DNA from: the human T2T-CHM13v2.0 reference genome, Homo sapiens
Assembly (NCBI RefSeq): GCF_009914755.1
Contig: NC_060944.1
Reading direction: 5' to 3' (one strand)
Length of the DNA: 64,000 nt
Shown: piece by piece, positions 26,697 through 43,246 of the stretch
Layout of the letters: the number at the start of each line of letters is the position of its first letter
Position numbering within the stretch: position 1 is the first letter of the stretch
Notes under the pieces: model-generated
What the model was told of the DNA's origin: nothing
Seen by the model: only the letters and a program-made list of their open reading frames with translations
The model's database searches: none
Translations under genes and position numbers: made by a program

Positions 26697-27007
26697 AGCC
26701 AGGATTGGTGGCTCATGCCTATAATCCCAGTACTGTGGGAGGCTGAGGCAGGAGGATTGCTTGAGGCTAGAAGTTCAAGACCAGCCTGGTCAACAGATCA
26801 TCTCTACCAAAGAAAAGTTTTTAAAAGATTTTTTAAAATTAGTCAAGCATGGTGGTGCATTCCTGTAGTCTAAGCTACTCAGGAGGCTGAGGCAGGAGGA
26901 TCACTTGACCTCAGGAGTTGGAGGCTACAGTGAGCTATGATCACACCACTGCACCCCAGCATCCCAGTGACAGAGTGAGACCCTCTCTGTAAAACAAACA
27001 AAAAAAC
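26697..27007 (+). mobile_element. AluJ-like
   Basis: Full dimer. Confidence 0.9.
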
Positions 27008-27012
27008 TGAAG

Positions 27013-27014
27013 TG

Positions 27015-27046
<32 letters not shown>

Positions 27047-27126
27047 TATATATACACACATACATATATGTGTGTATATATATATACACAAACATATATA
27101 TGTATATATACATATATATACACACA
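27013..27126. repeat. Compound (TA)n/(CA)n repeat
   Basis: Direct reading. Confidence 0.95.
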
Positions 27127-27505
27127 AAAAGTGCCCAAATCATAAGTGTAGACTTCAATTTATTTTCACAACATAAACCAGCACCCAGACCATGGAACGA
27201 AAGGTCTAGAATCCCAAGCGTGTCTGTACCTGCTTGCTGTTTGCCCACCACCAGCAGCAGCGCACACGCCATCCTGACTTCCAGCAGCATAGGCTAGTGC
27301 TACCCATTTTTGTCATTTGCATGAGTGGAGTCATACGGAACACAGTCTTTTGTGTCTGGCGTCTTTTGCTCTGCATTATGTTTGCGAAGTTTCTCCATGT
27401 TGCTCTATGATTGTAGATCATCCGTTCTTGTCACTGTATACTGACCACTGCAAGGAGATGCCACAGCTTACTCATCCATTCCATTCTTGGCAGGCTTTTG
27501 CACCT
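27127..27505 (-). mobile_element. Old L1M 3' fragment
   Basis: catcctgacttccagcagcatagg...gagtggagtcatac...ttttgtgtctggcgtcttttgctc. Confidence 0.6.
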
Positions 27506-27519
27506 TTGCTATTTTACTT

Positions 27520-27648
27520 TGTTTGTTTGTTTTTTAGAGATGAGGTCTCGCTATGTTGCCCAAGCTGTTCTTGAATTCCTGGGCTCAAGCGATCCTCCCA
27601 CCTTGGCTTCCCAAAGTGCTGGGTTTACAGGCAAGAGCCACCGTGGCC
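27520..27648 (-). mobile_element. FLAM-like Alu monomer
   Basis: Left arm only. Confidence 0.85.
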
Positions 27649-27794
27649 AGTTTATGCTATTTTAAAGTACCAAACTATTGGTATTATTGTTCATGTACTA
27701 CCATTATTTCTCTACTTAAGAAAATCTGTAACCAGAATAATTGATATCACATGGCACCCCCAAGGAGGTATTTGTGGCATTAAAGTTGCATCTG

Positions 27795-28150
<356 letters not shown>

Positions 28151-28259
28151 TCATCCTGAGTTTCATTCCCATTTGGGGCGAATGGTGAGTTGGATCATTT
28201 TCCTTGTTAGTCATCTTTAGGTCCCACAAACCACACTAAGCCTGGTCCATTTCCAGAAG

Positions 28260-28566
<307 letters not shown>

Positions 28567-28960
28567 CAGAAGTTCTTGATGGATCCATCTGCAAATGAGG
28601 GATAGAGGGAAGAGAAGTGGGGAGAGAAGAAGGCAGGAGGAAGGGGTGAGAGAACCAGGAGAGGGGAGCGCGGCTCCAGGCTCAACCCCACCCCGCCTGG
28701 AGCTTGAGCAACTCCTTCCCTTCCTTCAGGACTGGCTTTCTCCCTTTTCCCTCCAGGGCCAAATCCTGTCTCTTAGGACTTGACTCCTCCTTCCCAGGGT
28801 CATTTACTTTCCCCTGGGCTTTCTTGCCTTACATCCTCCCTAGAAAATACAAGCCCTGCCCCTGGAGCTCTCAGAGCCCAGCACCTGGGGCAAAGTGGAG
28901 AACACAGTGGCAGTGAGAGTTCCTTTTTTTCTTCTTCTTTTAATTAAATTGGGTTTTTGG

Positions 28961-29344
28961 GGCCAGGAGTGGTGGCTCACACCTGTAATCCCAGCACTTT
29001 GGGAGGCTGAGGCGGGCAGATCACTTAAAGTCAGGAGTTGGAGACCAGCCTGGCCAAGACGATGAAACCCTGTCTCTACTAAAAATACAAAAATTAGCCA
29101 GGCGTGGTGGTGCATGCCTATAATACCAGCTACTCAGGAGGCTGAGGCAGGAGAATCGATTGAACCCTGGGAGGCAGAGGTTGCAGTGAGCCGAGGTCAT
29201 TCCACTGCACTCCAGCCTGGGTGACAGAGCAGAGCAAGACTGTCAAAAACAAGGAAGGAAGGAAGAAGGGAGGGGAAGGAAAGAAGGAAGGAAAGAAAGA
29301 AAGGGAGGGAGGGAGGAAGGAAGGAAGAAAGAAAGAAAAAAAAA
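28961..29344 (+). mobile_element. AluS-like with a (GGAA/GAAA)n purine tail (29251-29344)
   Basis: Full dimer. Confidence 0.92.
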
Positions 29345-29543
29345 CTGGGCTTTTGGCATCACTGGAAATAAATATCCATATAACAGCGGTGTCATTTTGC
29401 TCTGCTGTTACAATCACTAAGCACAAGGACTACACTAGGTAATGAACATACAAGCTAGCTCAAGGAACTTTAAATTTTTTTTGAATTATAAAAAATTTAA
29501 AGTTTATTAAAAGCGTTACTAATAGAGTTTCATCTTTTCTGCC

Positions 29544-29598
29544 GCATTTGAAATAACACAAATGTTCCCCACAGCATTTGAAATAACACAAATGTTCC
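29544..29598. repeat. 25-bp direct repeat, period 30
   Basis: gcatttgaaataacacaaatgttcc at 29544 and 29574. Confidence 0.95.
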
Positions 29599-29678
29599 AT
29601 CTTTGAAAAGTTGCTCAACTATCAAAGTTGAATTTCAAAGCTGGTAGAACAAGGAACTGGCAAACTTTGTTAACACCC

Positions 29679-29692
29679 GTGCCACCTGGAGG
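29679..29692 (-). promoter_or_regulatory. CTCF-like motif
   Basis: CCTCCAGGTGGCAC on the - strand. Confidence 0.5.
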
Positions 29693-29944
29693 TGACACTT
29701 TATGGCACTAAGTAAAATGCCCCATCATTGGTCAGTTAGTTCCATTGAGAAAAATAGCCTTGAATAGTTCAGATATTCAGTTATTGATGGTCTTCAAGAA
29801 CGCACTTCTCCCCTACAATTTGGCAGAAGTGTGTTGTGCTCATTGCCTTCTTCATAACTAGAGACTGGTTTGGTTCCCAATGCAACCAAATCCTCGTTAT
29901 TGCTTCAGCTAAATTCACACACATAACCATTTTGCAAAACTCAC

Positions 29945-30450
29945 CCAGCCTGGGCAACATAGCAAGACCCTACCTCTACAAAAAAAAAAAAAAAAAAAAA
30001 ACGCACAGAAATTAGGCCGGGTGAAGTGGCTCACAGTTGTAATCCCAGCACTTTGGGAGGCCAAGGCAACAGATCACTTGAGGTCAGGAGTTCGAGACCA
30101 GCCTAGCCAACATGGCAAAACCCTTTCTCTACTAAAAATATAAAAATCAGTTGGGTGTGGTGGCATGTACCTGTAATCCCAGCTACTCGGGAAGCTGAGG
30201 TGAACCAGGGAGGCAGAGGTTGCAATCAGCCAAGATCACACCGCTGCACTCTGCACCTAGGTGACAGAGTGAATTCTGTCTCAAAAAAAAAAAAAAAAAA
30301 AGATTAGCCAGGCATGGTGGCAAGCACCTGTAGTTCCAGCTGCTGGACAGGCAGAGGTGGGAGAATCCCTTAAACCCAGGTCAAGCCATGATCGCACCAC
30401 TGTACTCCAGCCTGGGAGACAGAGTGAGACTCTGTCTCAAAAAAAAAAAC
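29945..30450 (+). mobile_element. AluJ with an AluS (30015-30300) inserted in its mid A-linker
   Basis: Left-arm end, full Alu, then right arm. Confidence 0.85.
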
Positions 30451-30454
30451 AAGT

Positions 30455-30901
30455 TATTATTATTTTTCCATTGAGTTGGTCTTGTTCTGCTGCCCAGACT
30501 GGATAGAGTGCAGTGGTACAATCATAGCTCACTGCAGCCTCAACCTCCTGGGCTCAAGTGATCCTCCCACCTCAACCTCCTGAGTAGCTGGGACTACAGG
30601 TTTGCAACACCATGCCCAGCTAATTTTGTTATTTTATTTTATTTTATGTATAGACAGAGGTCTCACTCTGTTGCCCAGGCTGGTCTCGAGCTCCTGGCCT
30701 CAAGCAATCCTCCCATCTCGGCCTTCCAAAGTGCTGGGACTACAGGCATGCACCACCATGGCCGGCTAATTTTTGTATTTTTTGTAGAGATGAGGTCTCT
30801 CCATGTTCCCCAGGCTGGTCTCAAACTCCTGGGCTCAAGCGATCCACCCTCCGCGGCCTGCAGAAGTGCCGGGATTACAGGCAAGAGCCACCATCCCTGA
30901 C
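30455..30901 (-). mobile_element. Trimeric AluJ-like element
   Basis: One right arm plus two left-arm units. Confidence 0.8.
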
Positions 30902-30904
30902 TAA

Positions 30905-31207
<303 letters not shown>

Positions 31208-31295
31208 AAATTTTCTTTATATTAACATGTAGTGGGATTATTGTTGTTCTTGAATTTGTAAATTATTTAATAGTTTTCCATATCTATTAAGGTAA

Positions 31296-31628
<333 letters not shown>

Positions 31629-31749
31629 AAGATTCTTTATAAAGCATTAATTACATGGCCACCTCCTTTCATCCTCTAGGACCTGTTAGGTCCTGTCCTG
31701 ACCACCCAGCTCTCGTGGGTTCTCCTAATTATTCTCAGTCTCCTGCTGA

Positions 31750-32169
<420 letters not shown>

Positions 32170-32458
32170 TGATGACCTATTTTCAATGTCTTCCACCACC
32201 AGCAACCCCACAAAGACAGCCCCAAGAGGGTAGGAAATGCTACCTGGTTCATGAGACACATGTCCCTGGCACCCAGCCAGTACTAGCCCTAAGCGCCTGG
32301 TACTTAGTGAAAGCTCAATAAAGATATACTGAAGAAATAAAAGCAGGTAGAGAAAAGACCACCAACTTCAACCTCTCCAAAGTAGATTTCTTCGAGTCAT
32401 TTGATGTTCAGCAGAAAACCGTGTTCTTTTAAAAAAAAATTTTTTTTCAGCGTTTTTT

Positions 32459-32460
<2 letters not shown>

Positions 32461-32497
<37 letters not shown>
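32461..32497. repeat. (GT)n microsatellite
   Basis: Direct reading. Confidence 0.97.
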
Positions 32498-32501
<4 letters not shown>

Positions 32502-32663
32502 TTCATTCTCCAGGAAAACAATGAAACAGTGCTAAAATCAGCCTGTGCTAGTGTGGACTGTAAACTCCTTTTTAAATAAGAAAGGGAGATATAAATAGAC
32601 CTGCAAATATGCCTGTATTTTCAAAAAGAATTAATGAAAAGATAAATCAAAAATTAATTTTTA

Positions 32664-33272
32664 GGCTGGGCGCAGTGGCTCACACCTGTAATCCTAGCAC
32701 TTTGGGAGGCTGAGACAGATGGATCACCTAAGCTCAGGAATTCAAGACCAGCCTGACCAATATGGTGAAACCCCATCTCTACTAAAAATACAAAAATTAG
32801 CCGGGCTTGGTGGCATGCGCCTGCAGTCCCAGCTACTCGGAAGGCTGAGGCAGAGAATTGCTTGAACCCGGGAGGTGGAGGTTGCAGTAAGCCAAGATCG
32901 TGCCACTGCACTCCAGCCCGGGCTACAGAGCGAGACTCATTCTTAGAAAAAAATAATAATTTTTAAAAATGGTTACTTTAGGCTGGGCGCGGTGGCTCAC
33001 GCCTGTAATCCCAGCACTTTGGGAGGCCAAGGCAGGTGGATCATGAGGTCAGGAGATCTAGACCATCCTGGCTAATACAGTGAAATCCCATCTCTACTAA
33101 AAATACAAAAAAAATTAGCCGGATGTGGTGGCAGGCACCTGTAGTTCCACCTACTCAGGAGGCTGAGGCAGGAGAATGGTGTGAACCCGGAAGGTAGAGC
33201 TTGCAGTGTGCTGAGATGGCGCAACTGCACTCCAGCCTGGGAGACTGAGCGAGACTCCAACTCAAAAGAGAA
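32664..33272 (+). mobile_element. Two tandem Alus (32664-32955, 32981-33272)
   Basis: Two dimers. Confidence 0.92.
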
Positions 33273-33329
33273 ATCTGAAAGGTTCATTGGGCAGTGATAA
33301 GAGCAATAACATTGGCATTGTTTCTGTTA

Positions 33330-34395
<1,066 letters not shown>

Positions 34396-34399
34396 GGTG

Positions 34400-35036
<637 letters not shown>

Positions 35037-35039
35037 TAA

Positions 35040-35195
35040 GCCAGGCATGATGGCTCGATACTCGGGAGGCCGAGAGCTGGAGGATCAGTTGAGCCCAGGG
35101 GTTCAAGGCTGCAGTGAGCTGTGATTGCACCACTGCACTCCAGCCTGAGTGACAGAGCAGGAGCACATCTCAAAAAAAAAAAAAGAAAGAAAACT
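35040..35195 (+). mobile_element. FRAM/AluJ right-arm monomer
   Basis: ggctgcagtgagctgtgattgcaccactgcactcc. Confidence 0.85.
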
Positions 35196-35224
35196 AAAAA
35201 GTTAAATAAAACAAAATCAGAAAC

Positions 35225-35277
35225 CAGAAACACAATAAACACTAAAACTCAAGATTGCAAAACACCAAATCTATATT
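35225..35277 (-). terminator. Distal poly(A) site with variant signal AATATA
   Basis: AATATA at 35277-35272, CA at 35257-35256, then GU/U-rich TCTTGAGTTTTAGTGTTTATTGTGTTTCT. Confidence 0.6.
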
Positions 35278-36091
35278 TACACTTCCACATATAATAACAT
35301 AACTTTAAGCTGAAATATATCATAAATAAAACAAGTAATGTCTACTGTTCGACAACTTAAGTATCAACAATTAAAATAAATCAAACTGGAATGAAATAAA
35401 TACATAAACAAAAATCCAACGAATTGTACCTCTATTATATGTACTGTTGTCTCAAAGAAAAAAAAATATAAAACCAGTAGTATACCAATAGTTAATACTG
35501 ATGGACACAAAAACATATTTTGAAGTACAAAGGGCTGTAGGAAAATAATTGGTATTTTTATACATTCAGAAATGTGGTTAAAAAGAGAAATCTGAAAGCC
35601 CAAAAAATTCCAGCATAATACAAATCGACTTGTTTTCAAATAGATTTGGTGATTCTTTTTTTTAAATACAGGTTTAAATTCCAGCCCTCTATTATCACAT
35701 ACCCCCTTTAAGATTTATGGTTCTAGTCACAGCAAGCTCTCTGTAACACTCATTGGATTAGGCAAAGATTGAGTCAATCATCTTGCAAATGTGTTAATCT
35801 TCAAAAATAGGCTATAAAAGTGCAAAACTATGAAAACAAAATCTAGATTATGTACATATGGCTCAGCTTGTGAACAGGAAAAAAGGTCAATAGTGTACAC
35901 TTTCCTGATACAAAGCACTTCATTGCAATGCCAACAGACTGATCTCAAATGAGTTCTCCCTTGTAACACAGGAGCTAAGACTTCTATCAAGGAGGACATC
36001 TTACGTTGCATAATTTAAAAAAAAAAAAATTTTTCTAGGATTACCCTTGCTCTATGGAGAACAGCGAGGCCAGAAAAATGAACAGTGCAAA

Positions 36092-36097
36092 TTTATT
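36092..36097 (-). terminator. Candidate proximal AATAAA poly(A) signal in the 3'UTR
   Basis: tttatt on the + strand, followed on the - strand by U-rich sequence. Confidence 0.4.
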
Positions 36098-37299
36098 TTT
36101 GAAACAGTTTCTTAATAAAATATTTTGTGGTCACTAAGCCCATGTACTAATAAACTCAGCCATGGACAGCATATTAAAGAACAAAAGTTTAAAATATCTA
36201 GGAAGCCAGCTGGTGGCCATCTTCTCTAAAACCCAAATTGCATGTGCACTGAGAAAAATGTTACTGCTTCAAAACAACCAAAAATGGGAAAATAACTGAG
36301 GTCTAGAAACAGATTTTCTCTTTCTAGACTCCCAGCGGGCTCGGCCAGCAGTTCCTTATTCAAAATCAATGTGTCTATAATCAACTCTAGTATGTCCACA
36401 GTTCACCCAAATGCCAGATACATTAAGACTACCAAATACAAACCTAAAATGTTCCCCCCAAAATTTCCCTTAAAACTGTTCCCCAATACCTGCAATTCAC
36501 AGATATAATTTAGCATTTTTGTTTTTATATACTAATTTAGGCAAAACCCCCCCGCCACTGAATCGTCCAACAAAAATGATTAATTTGATAGAAACAAATT
36601 TAAATAACTGCACATACAGTTTATGTTTATACAACGTGTGGCTGCTCTACAGAGAAAATGCTTGTCTGTAGACACACTCTCTTAAAAATCCTACAAGCCA
36701 TCCCAACGCCCTCAGTCAAGGATCCTGGAGGTTCCAGGACAATCTGGAGAGGCGAGGAAGAAGGTGCCTTCCCCATCTGAGATGCTCAAAGTTGCGATAA
36801 AATGCTGCCAGCTTCCGAATGGCTGACCTCGATATCTGCAGCACATATCATAGAGGGTCAATACTTCCATTAACAATTTTAAGACAACAATAGATTTGGG
36901 TGGATTCAACATAATACAAAATCATTGACAGTTTAAAAAAAAAAAAACATACATTTTAAATGAAAGAGCACAATAGCAGAAACTGCTCCAAGTGATGAGC
37001 TGCATTAGAGAAAAGGAATACACACAGTATTTGAACAAGCAGGTTTACAACTTAGATATTTACAGATTTTTACCTGAGGTGCAAGCATTATATACTTTTC
37101 CCCCATCCCGCCCCACCCAACCCAAATGATTTCTTTTCAGCAGCGCTCAAGTATGCAAAAATTCCACTTCTTATTTGGTCAATTCTAAGAAAAATATTAT
37201 TCAGGGACAAAATAGAGATTTCCAGTCCCCATGTATGTAAGTTCCAACTGTTCCAACTAGTTTGTATTGCTATTTGGTACAAAAGTTAACAGAACAACT

Positions 37300-37448
37300 T
37301 TACACAACTGTAGTGTTCCTTGCAGATTCCTCATATGTTTTATGTACAGTACAATCACAGCTTATTTCAGTAGCTTTCACCATTCGCTTCTCAAAGGATG
37401 AAGTAAAATTTAATTTCATGGGGAGTAAGCACTGACATCCACCAAGAC
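37300..37448 (-). CDS. ZNF217: Alternative ZNF217 C-terminus (49 aa, GLGGCQCLL...NTTVV*) used if exon 5 is skipped; 1061-aa isoform
   Basis: Joining exon 4 to the last-exon acceptor ttccttag|GTCTT gives an open frame to TAA at 37302-37300. Consistent with the recalled exon-skipped isoform. Confidence 0.7.
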
Positions 37449-37551
37449 CTAAGGAAAAAAACATTTTTTAAATGATTAAGATCAAAACTGAATACAGTTT
37501 AGAAAATTCTTTCTTTAAAAAAGCGTAATACATAGAACCAAACTGACCTAG

Positions 37552-37922
<371 letters not shown>

Positions 37923-38021
37923 TAGATAATGCTGCGAACTTTGGAGCTACTTTTAGTAATTTAACTGAGATGACTTAACCAAGAATCAGAATTCAGTAAA
38001 AGGCAGTTGCCATGCACAAGA

Positions 38022-38140
38022 AAATCCCAGCTACTCAGGAGGCTGTGGTGGGAGGACTGCTTGAGCCCAGGAGTTTGAGGCTGCAGTGAGCCAAGATCGT
38101 GCCACTGCACTCCAGACCCTGTCTCAGACAAACAAAACCA
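38022..38140 (+). mobile_element. Partial AluJ right arm
   Basis: aatcccagctactcaggagg...gccactgcactccag. Confidence 0.85.
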
Positions 38141-39129
38141 ATATGTGAGCTGGTCCAGAGGATGAGAAAGAAGAGGCTGGAAAGCAAAGACAGAGCAGGC
38201 AGGATGTTCTCCAGATGAAGGAAACACAAGCAGAGAAGCTCAGAGCTCCCAGAGAGACACCAGCTCCAGATACAGGAGCATGGCTGTTTGCTACTACTGA
38301 TCAGTTGTAATGGATGCTTCGAGTAACCTGTTACTAAAATCTGCTCCTCATAATTCATAAATTATTTTTATGTTTTAATATAGAGTGGACTGGATCTTAT
38401 TCCTGTGATGACAAAGCTTTACTCCCTCGTGTTCTTCATCTATTATCCTAAGCAGGAGAAAAGACTGCAGAACCACACAAGGCTCACGCTGCCCAGGGAG
38501 AACGTCATCTCAGTTCCCATATGAGTCCCGATGAAAATATGACAGAGAAATTCTGTCCTGGACCACGAGCATCTTTTCATCTTCGTATCCTAGCAGCCAG
38601 CAGGCACTTGGTGAAGAGGCTGCTCAACGAATATACAGTGACGGTTTTACGGGACAAGAGTTACCTGAGGAACAACTAAATCTGCCCGTGAGCCCCAAGC
38701 TTTCCATTTAATCTTATTGTTGAATGAGTCATAGTATAACCTGTACACAGACATCACACCTTCTGCCCAAACTAATTAACTAAATATAAACTAACAAAAC
38801 CAACATGCATAATTCTGATACTACTACTTGAGCCTTACGGGACGGCGGTGCACTACAGTGAGACCTTTAACATGTGAACCACATGCTCACATACTTGCTC
38901 CTGTCCCAGTTCCCCTCCTTGGCAGATAAGTACTTATCTTGGCAGATAAGTACTTGCCAAGTCTTTGAACAAGTTCTTAAACTAGAACGTTGGGCATAGA
39001 GCCTGGATCTTTGCAGACCTAGGACAAAAACCAGGCTCCTGCCTCTCACAGGCAGAGCGGGGCTTTGAGCAAACTGCATAATCCATGCCTCGGTCTCATC
39101 TGAAAAGCATGCACAGTACCTCCTAATGC

Positions 39130-39327
39130 TGGGTCACAAACTTTTTCTGTAAAGGGCCAGACGGTAAATAGTTTCAGCTTTGCAGGCCACGTGGTCTGTC
39201 ACAACTGCCCGACATTGCTGCTGCAGCAAGGAGGTAGCCACAGACAATATGTAACAGATGGGCATGATCATGTTCCAATAAAACTTTATTGATGATGATG
39301 CATGAAAAGCTAGTTTGCTCATCCCTT
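39130..39327. mobile_element. MER58A-like MITE within a MIR
   Basis: aactttttctgtaaagggccaga...gctttgcaggccac...gttccaataaaactttatt. Confidence 0.8.
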
Positions 39328-39598
39328 ACCTAAGCCCTCTGCTGCAACAGAATTAAATGAGATCCTGATAATAAAACACTTCATTCAATGCCTAGCACAA
39401 AGTAAATGCTCAGTAAATTCCAGTCACTATGACTGTTTTCCTATTATCTTCAGTAATATCCAAAGATCCTGAGGACTCTAATTTTAAAACACCTAAAAAA
39501 TCAAAATCCAACTTAAAAGCAATTTTGTTACATTATATTAGACAACTTAATGGTTTATTTCCGATCAAGTAAAATCAATCCCCGCCCCCCCCCCCCCC

Positions 39599-39872
39599 TT
39601 TTTTTTAGACTGAGTCTCGCTCTGTCACCCAGGCTAGACCTGCAGTGGCACAATCTGCTCACTGCAACCTCCGCCTCCTGGGTTGTTCAAGTGATTTTCC
39701 TGCTTCAGCCTCCTAAGTAGCTGGGACTACAGGCACCCGCCACCACGCCCAGCTAAATTTGTGTATTTTTAGTACAGACAGGGGTTTCACCATGTTGGCC
39801 AAGCTGGTCTCAAATGCTCGATCTCAGGTGATCCGCCCGCCCTGACCTCCCAAATGGCCACCGCACTCAGCC
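39599..39872 (-). mobile_element. AluS-like starting 33 nt downstream of the exon 5 donor (sense to ZNF217)
   Basis: Reverse dimer; C-run at 39580-39598 beyond the tail. Confidence 0.92.
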
Positions 39873-39928
39873 AATCCAGTGTTTTTAATTGAAACATATG
39901 CTCACCTTTTTTCCCCCTAATTAGTGAA

Positions 39929-40060
<132 letters not shown>

Positions 40061-40391
40061 TTAGAGTTAAGGTCAAACAATTAGGTAAGATGTGTATAGG
40101 TTTTTAGAAGTCAATTTTCAAAATTTCTGACACTGATAATGTAATCAACGCCTAAGTCACACAGTCGCATGCAAGTGTTTTCAGTTACAGCTGAATTGTT
40201 TTTATGACACTTGTTAGCACAGAATTTGGTTGATGTCACTAACATTAAAATTGTCTGGGCTGTCACTAGAAAGAATTAAAAAGCCGGAAAAAAATGACAT
40301 CACAAAATACTTGAAACGTATATGCATCATGAACCAAACTATGTAAAAGTGTTGTTTTTTGCTTTTTTTAAAATCATTTAAAAGGGGATTT

Positions 40392-40620
40392 GCCAGCATA
40401 GGCAACATGGTGAGACCTCTTCTCTACTAAAAATAAAAAATTAGCTGGGTATGGTGACATGCACCTTTAGTCCCAGCTACTCGGGAGGCTGAGACGGAAG
40501 GATGGAAGGATTGCTTGAGTCCCGGAGGTCGAGGCTGCAGTGAGCCGTGATTGCCCCCACTGCACTCCAGCCTGGGCAACAGAGTGTGACCCTGTCTCAC
40601 AGAGGAGGGGAAAAAAAAAA
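40392..40620 (+). mobile_element. 5'-truncated AluJ-like (antisense to ZNF217)
   Basis: ccagcataggcaacatggtgagac...gaggctgcagtgagccgtgatt...ccctgtctc. Confidence 0.9.
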
Positions 40621-41308
40621 GAGGATCTGACTTGCAACACACAGAGCCTTTTCCCCCTTTAAGTAAAGACAAAGTTTTGATTCATGTCCATTTTAAGCAC
40701 CATGGGGGGGGAAATGAAGATTTTTAACCAAAAGGCAGTAAAAATTACTATTTCATCACAATTTTTATAAAATCTACTGGAGTGTCTGAAAGCAATTGTT
40801 TTTTAATTTGCTATCTCTACTGAACCAATCAGCATCAAGCAATTCTTGACAGAGTGTTGTCACCACACAGAATCCTCAGTTTGAAACTAACACAAACTGA
40901 AATGTGCAAAACTGAATCTGTTTCTTTGGGGAGCACAAACCAGTAGAGCTTCTATGTGATAAAGGAAGATGCTGCAGTTTGACCGAGTTTGCCAAGGAGA
41001 AGATGTCCCTGGGACACTGAGCTACTTTTTTACACATACAGGTATGTGCCAGACACCTGTACGAAGTGACACCACCAGGACACATTTCTATGGGGAAAAC
41101 CCCAGTCATCTATGAGGTTAACAATCTACCTATGGGGGAAATAAGGTTGGTTTTAAATTAATACAGTTGTCCCTCAGTATCCAGAGGGCACTGGCTCCAG
41201 GACCACCCGCCCCCACCACCCCAGCCAACAGATACCAAAATCCATGGATGCTCAGGTCCCTAATATAAAACAGTGTCGTATCTGCAGTATTCATAGTATC
41301 TGTAGTAC

Positions 41309-41568
41309 TATTTTTTTTTTTTTTGAGATGGAGTCTCGCTCTGTCGCCCAGGCTGGAGTGCAATGGCACAATCTCAGCTCACCGCAACCTCCACCTCCCA
41401 AGGTTCAAGTGATTCTCTTGCCTCAGCCTCTGGAGTAGCTGGGATTACAGGCATGCGCTACCACACCCAGCTAATTTTGTATTTTTAGCAGAGACGAGGT
41501 TTCTCCATTGTTGGTCAGGCTGTTTCCCAAAGTCCTGGGATTACAGGCGTGAGCCACCGCAACTGGCC
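41309..41568 (-). mobile_element. AluS-like (internal deletion)
   Basis: TSD tgtagtactatt. Confidence 0.9.
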
Positions 41569-41629
41569 TTGTAGTACTATTAATTTGCAGTATTGTAGCG
41601 TAACCTATTCACATCCTCCCATATACTTT

Positions 41630-42337
<708 letters not shown>

Positions 42338-42696
42338 CTAGGGAATTACGACAAGGAAAAGAAAACTGCAGATGTTCAGTACAGATGCGACCATCCATTT
42401 TTCCCCCAAATATTTTAGTCCCGCAGTTGGTTGAATCCACTGAGGCAGAACCCAAGGATATGGAGGGCTGACAACATTTAACAGCAAAACGGTTCACAAG
42501 ACTCTTTAATCGGAAGTTCTTTTGCTTTCTGCTCTTGCCAGGTCAAGGGTCCACGTGTGGTCCTTACTGGGCGCCCCCTATTCTGCCCCGTGTGGGAAGC
42601 ATGTGACTTGATGCTGTACATGTAAAACATGGTTTCTGCTCTTAAGAAGTTTACAGGCCAGCAGGGAATGGTAAAATGCGTGAGGAAGAACCCCTA

Positions 42697-43016
42697 GGCT
42701 GGGCGCGGTGGCTCACACCTGTAATCCCAGTACTTTGGGAGGCCGAGGCCAGTGCATCACCTGAGGTCAGGAGTTCAAGACCAGCCTGGCCAACATGCTG
42801 AAACCCTGTCTCTACTAAAAATACAAGAATTAGCCGGGCGTGGTAGCACGTGCCTATTACCCCAGCTACTCAGGAGGCTGAGGCTGGAGAATTGCTTGAA
42901 CCCAGGAGAAGGAGGTTTCAGTGAGCCGAGATCGTGCCACTGCACTCAGGCTGGGCAACAAGAGCAAAACTCCGTCTCAAAAAAAAAAAAAAAAAGAAAG
43001 AAAGAAAAAAAAAAAC
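42697..43016 (+). mobile_element. AluSq-like
   Basis: Full dimer. Confidence 0.92.
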
Positions 43017-43246
43017 CCCCGCAACTCCAGGTGGATTGGCACTGACTACTGAGCACACCATACATGTGCAAAGGAAGAAAAAGGGCTGTGATGAAGTGAG
43101 GCAAGCTGGGGCCTCAACTGGCTGCATCTGGAATTTCAACAGCAAGACAAGAATGGACTAGACAGACCAGTGTTCTCACCCACTGTTTCCATGATCACTC
43201 TCACAACAGAAAAATAAAATTGACAAGAAAAATTACTCAAGAATAA

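Larger units (their letters stand above)
35256..37448 (-). other. ZNF217: ZNF217 last exon / 3'UTR (about 2.2 kb, AU-rich, no Alu)
   Basis: Strong acceptor at 37449-37450. Ends near AATATA, CA and a GU-rich tract. Confidence 0.85.

Noticed and set aside
29544-29598. Palindromic direct repeat, superficially CRISPR-like
   Set aside because: Only two copies with a 5-bp gap, eukaryotic context, no cas genes.
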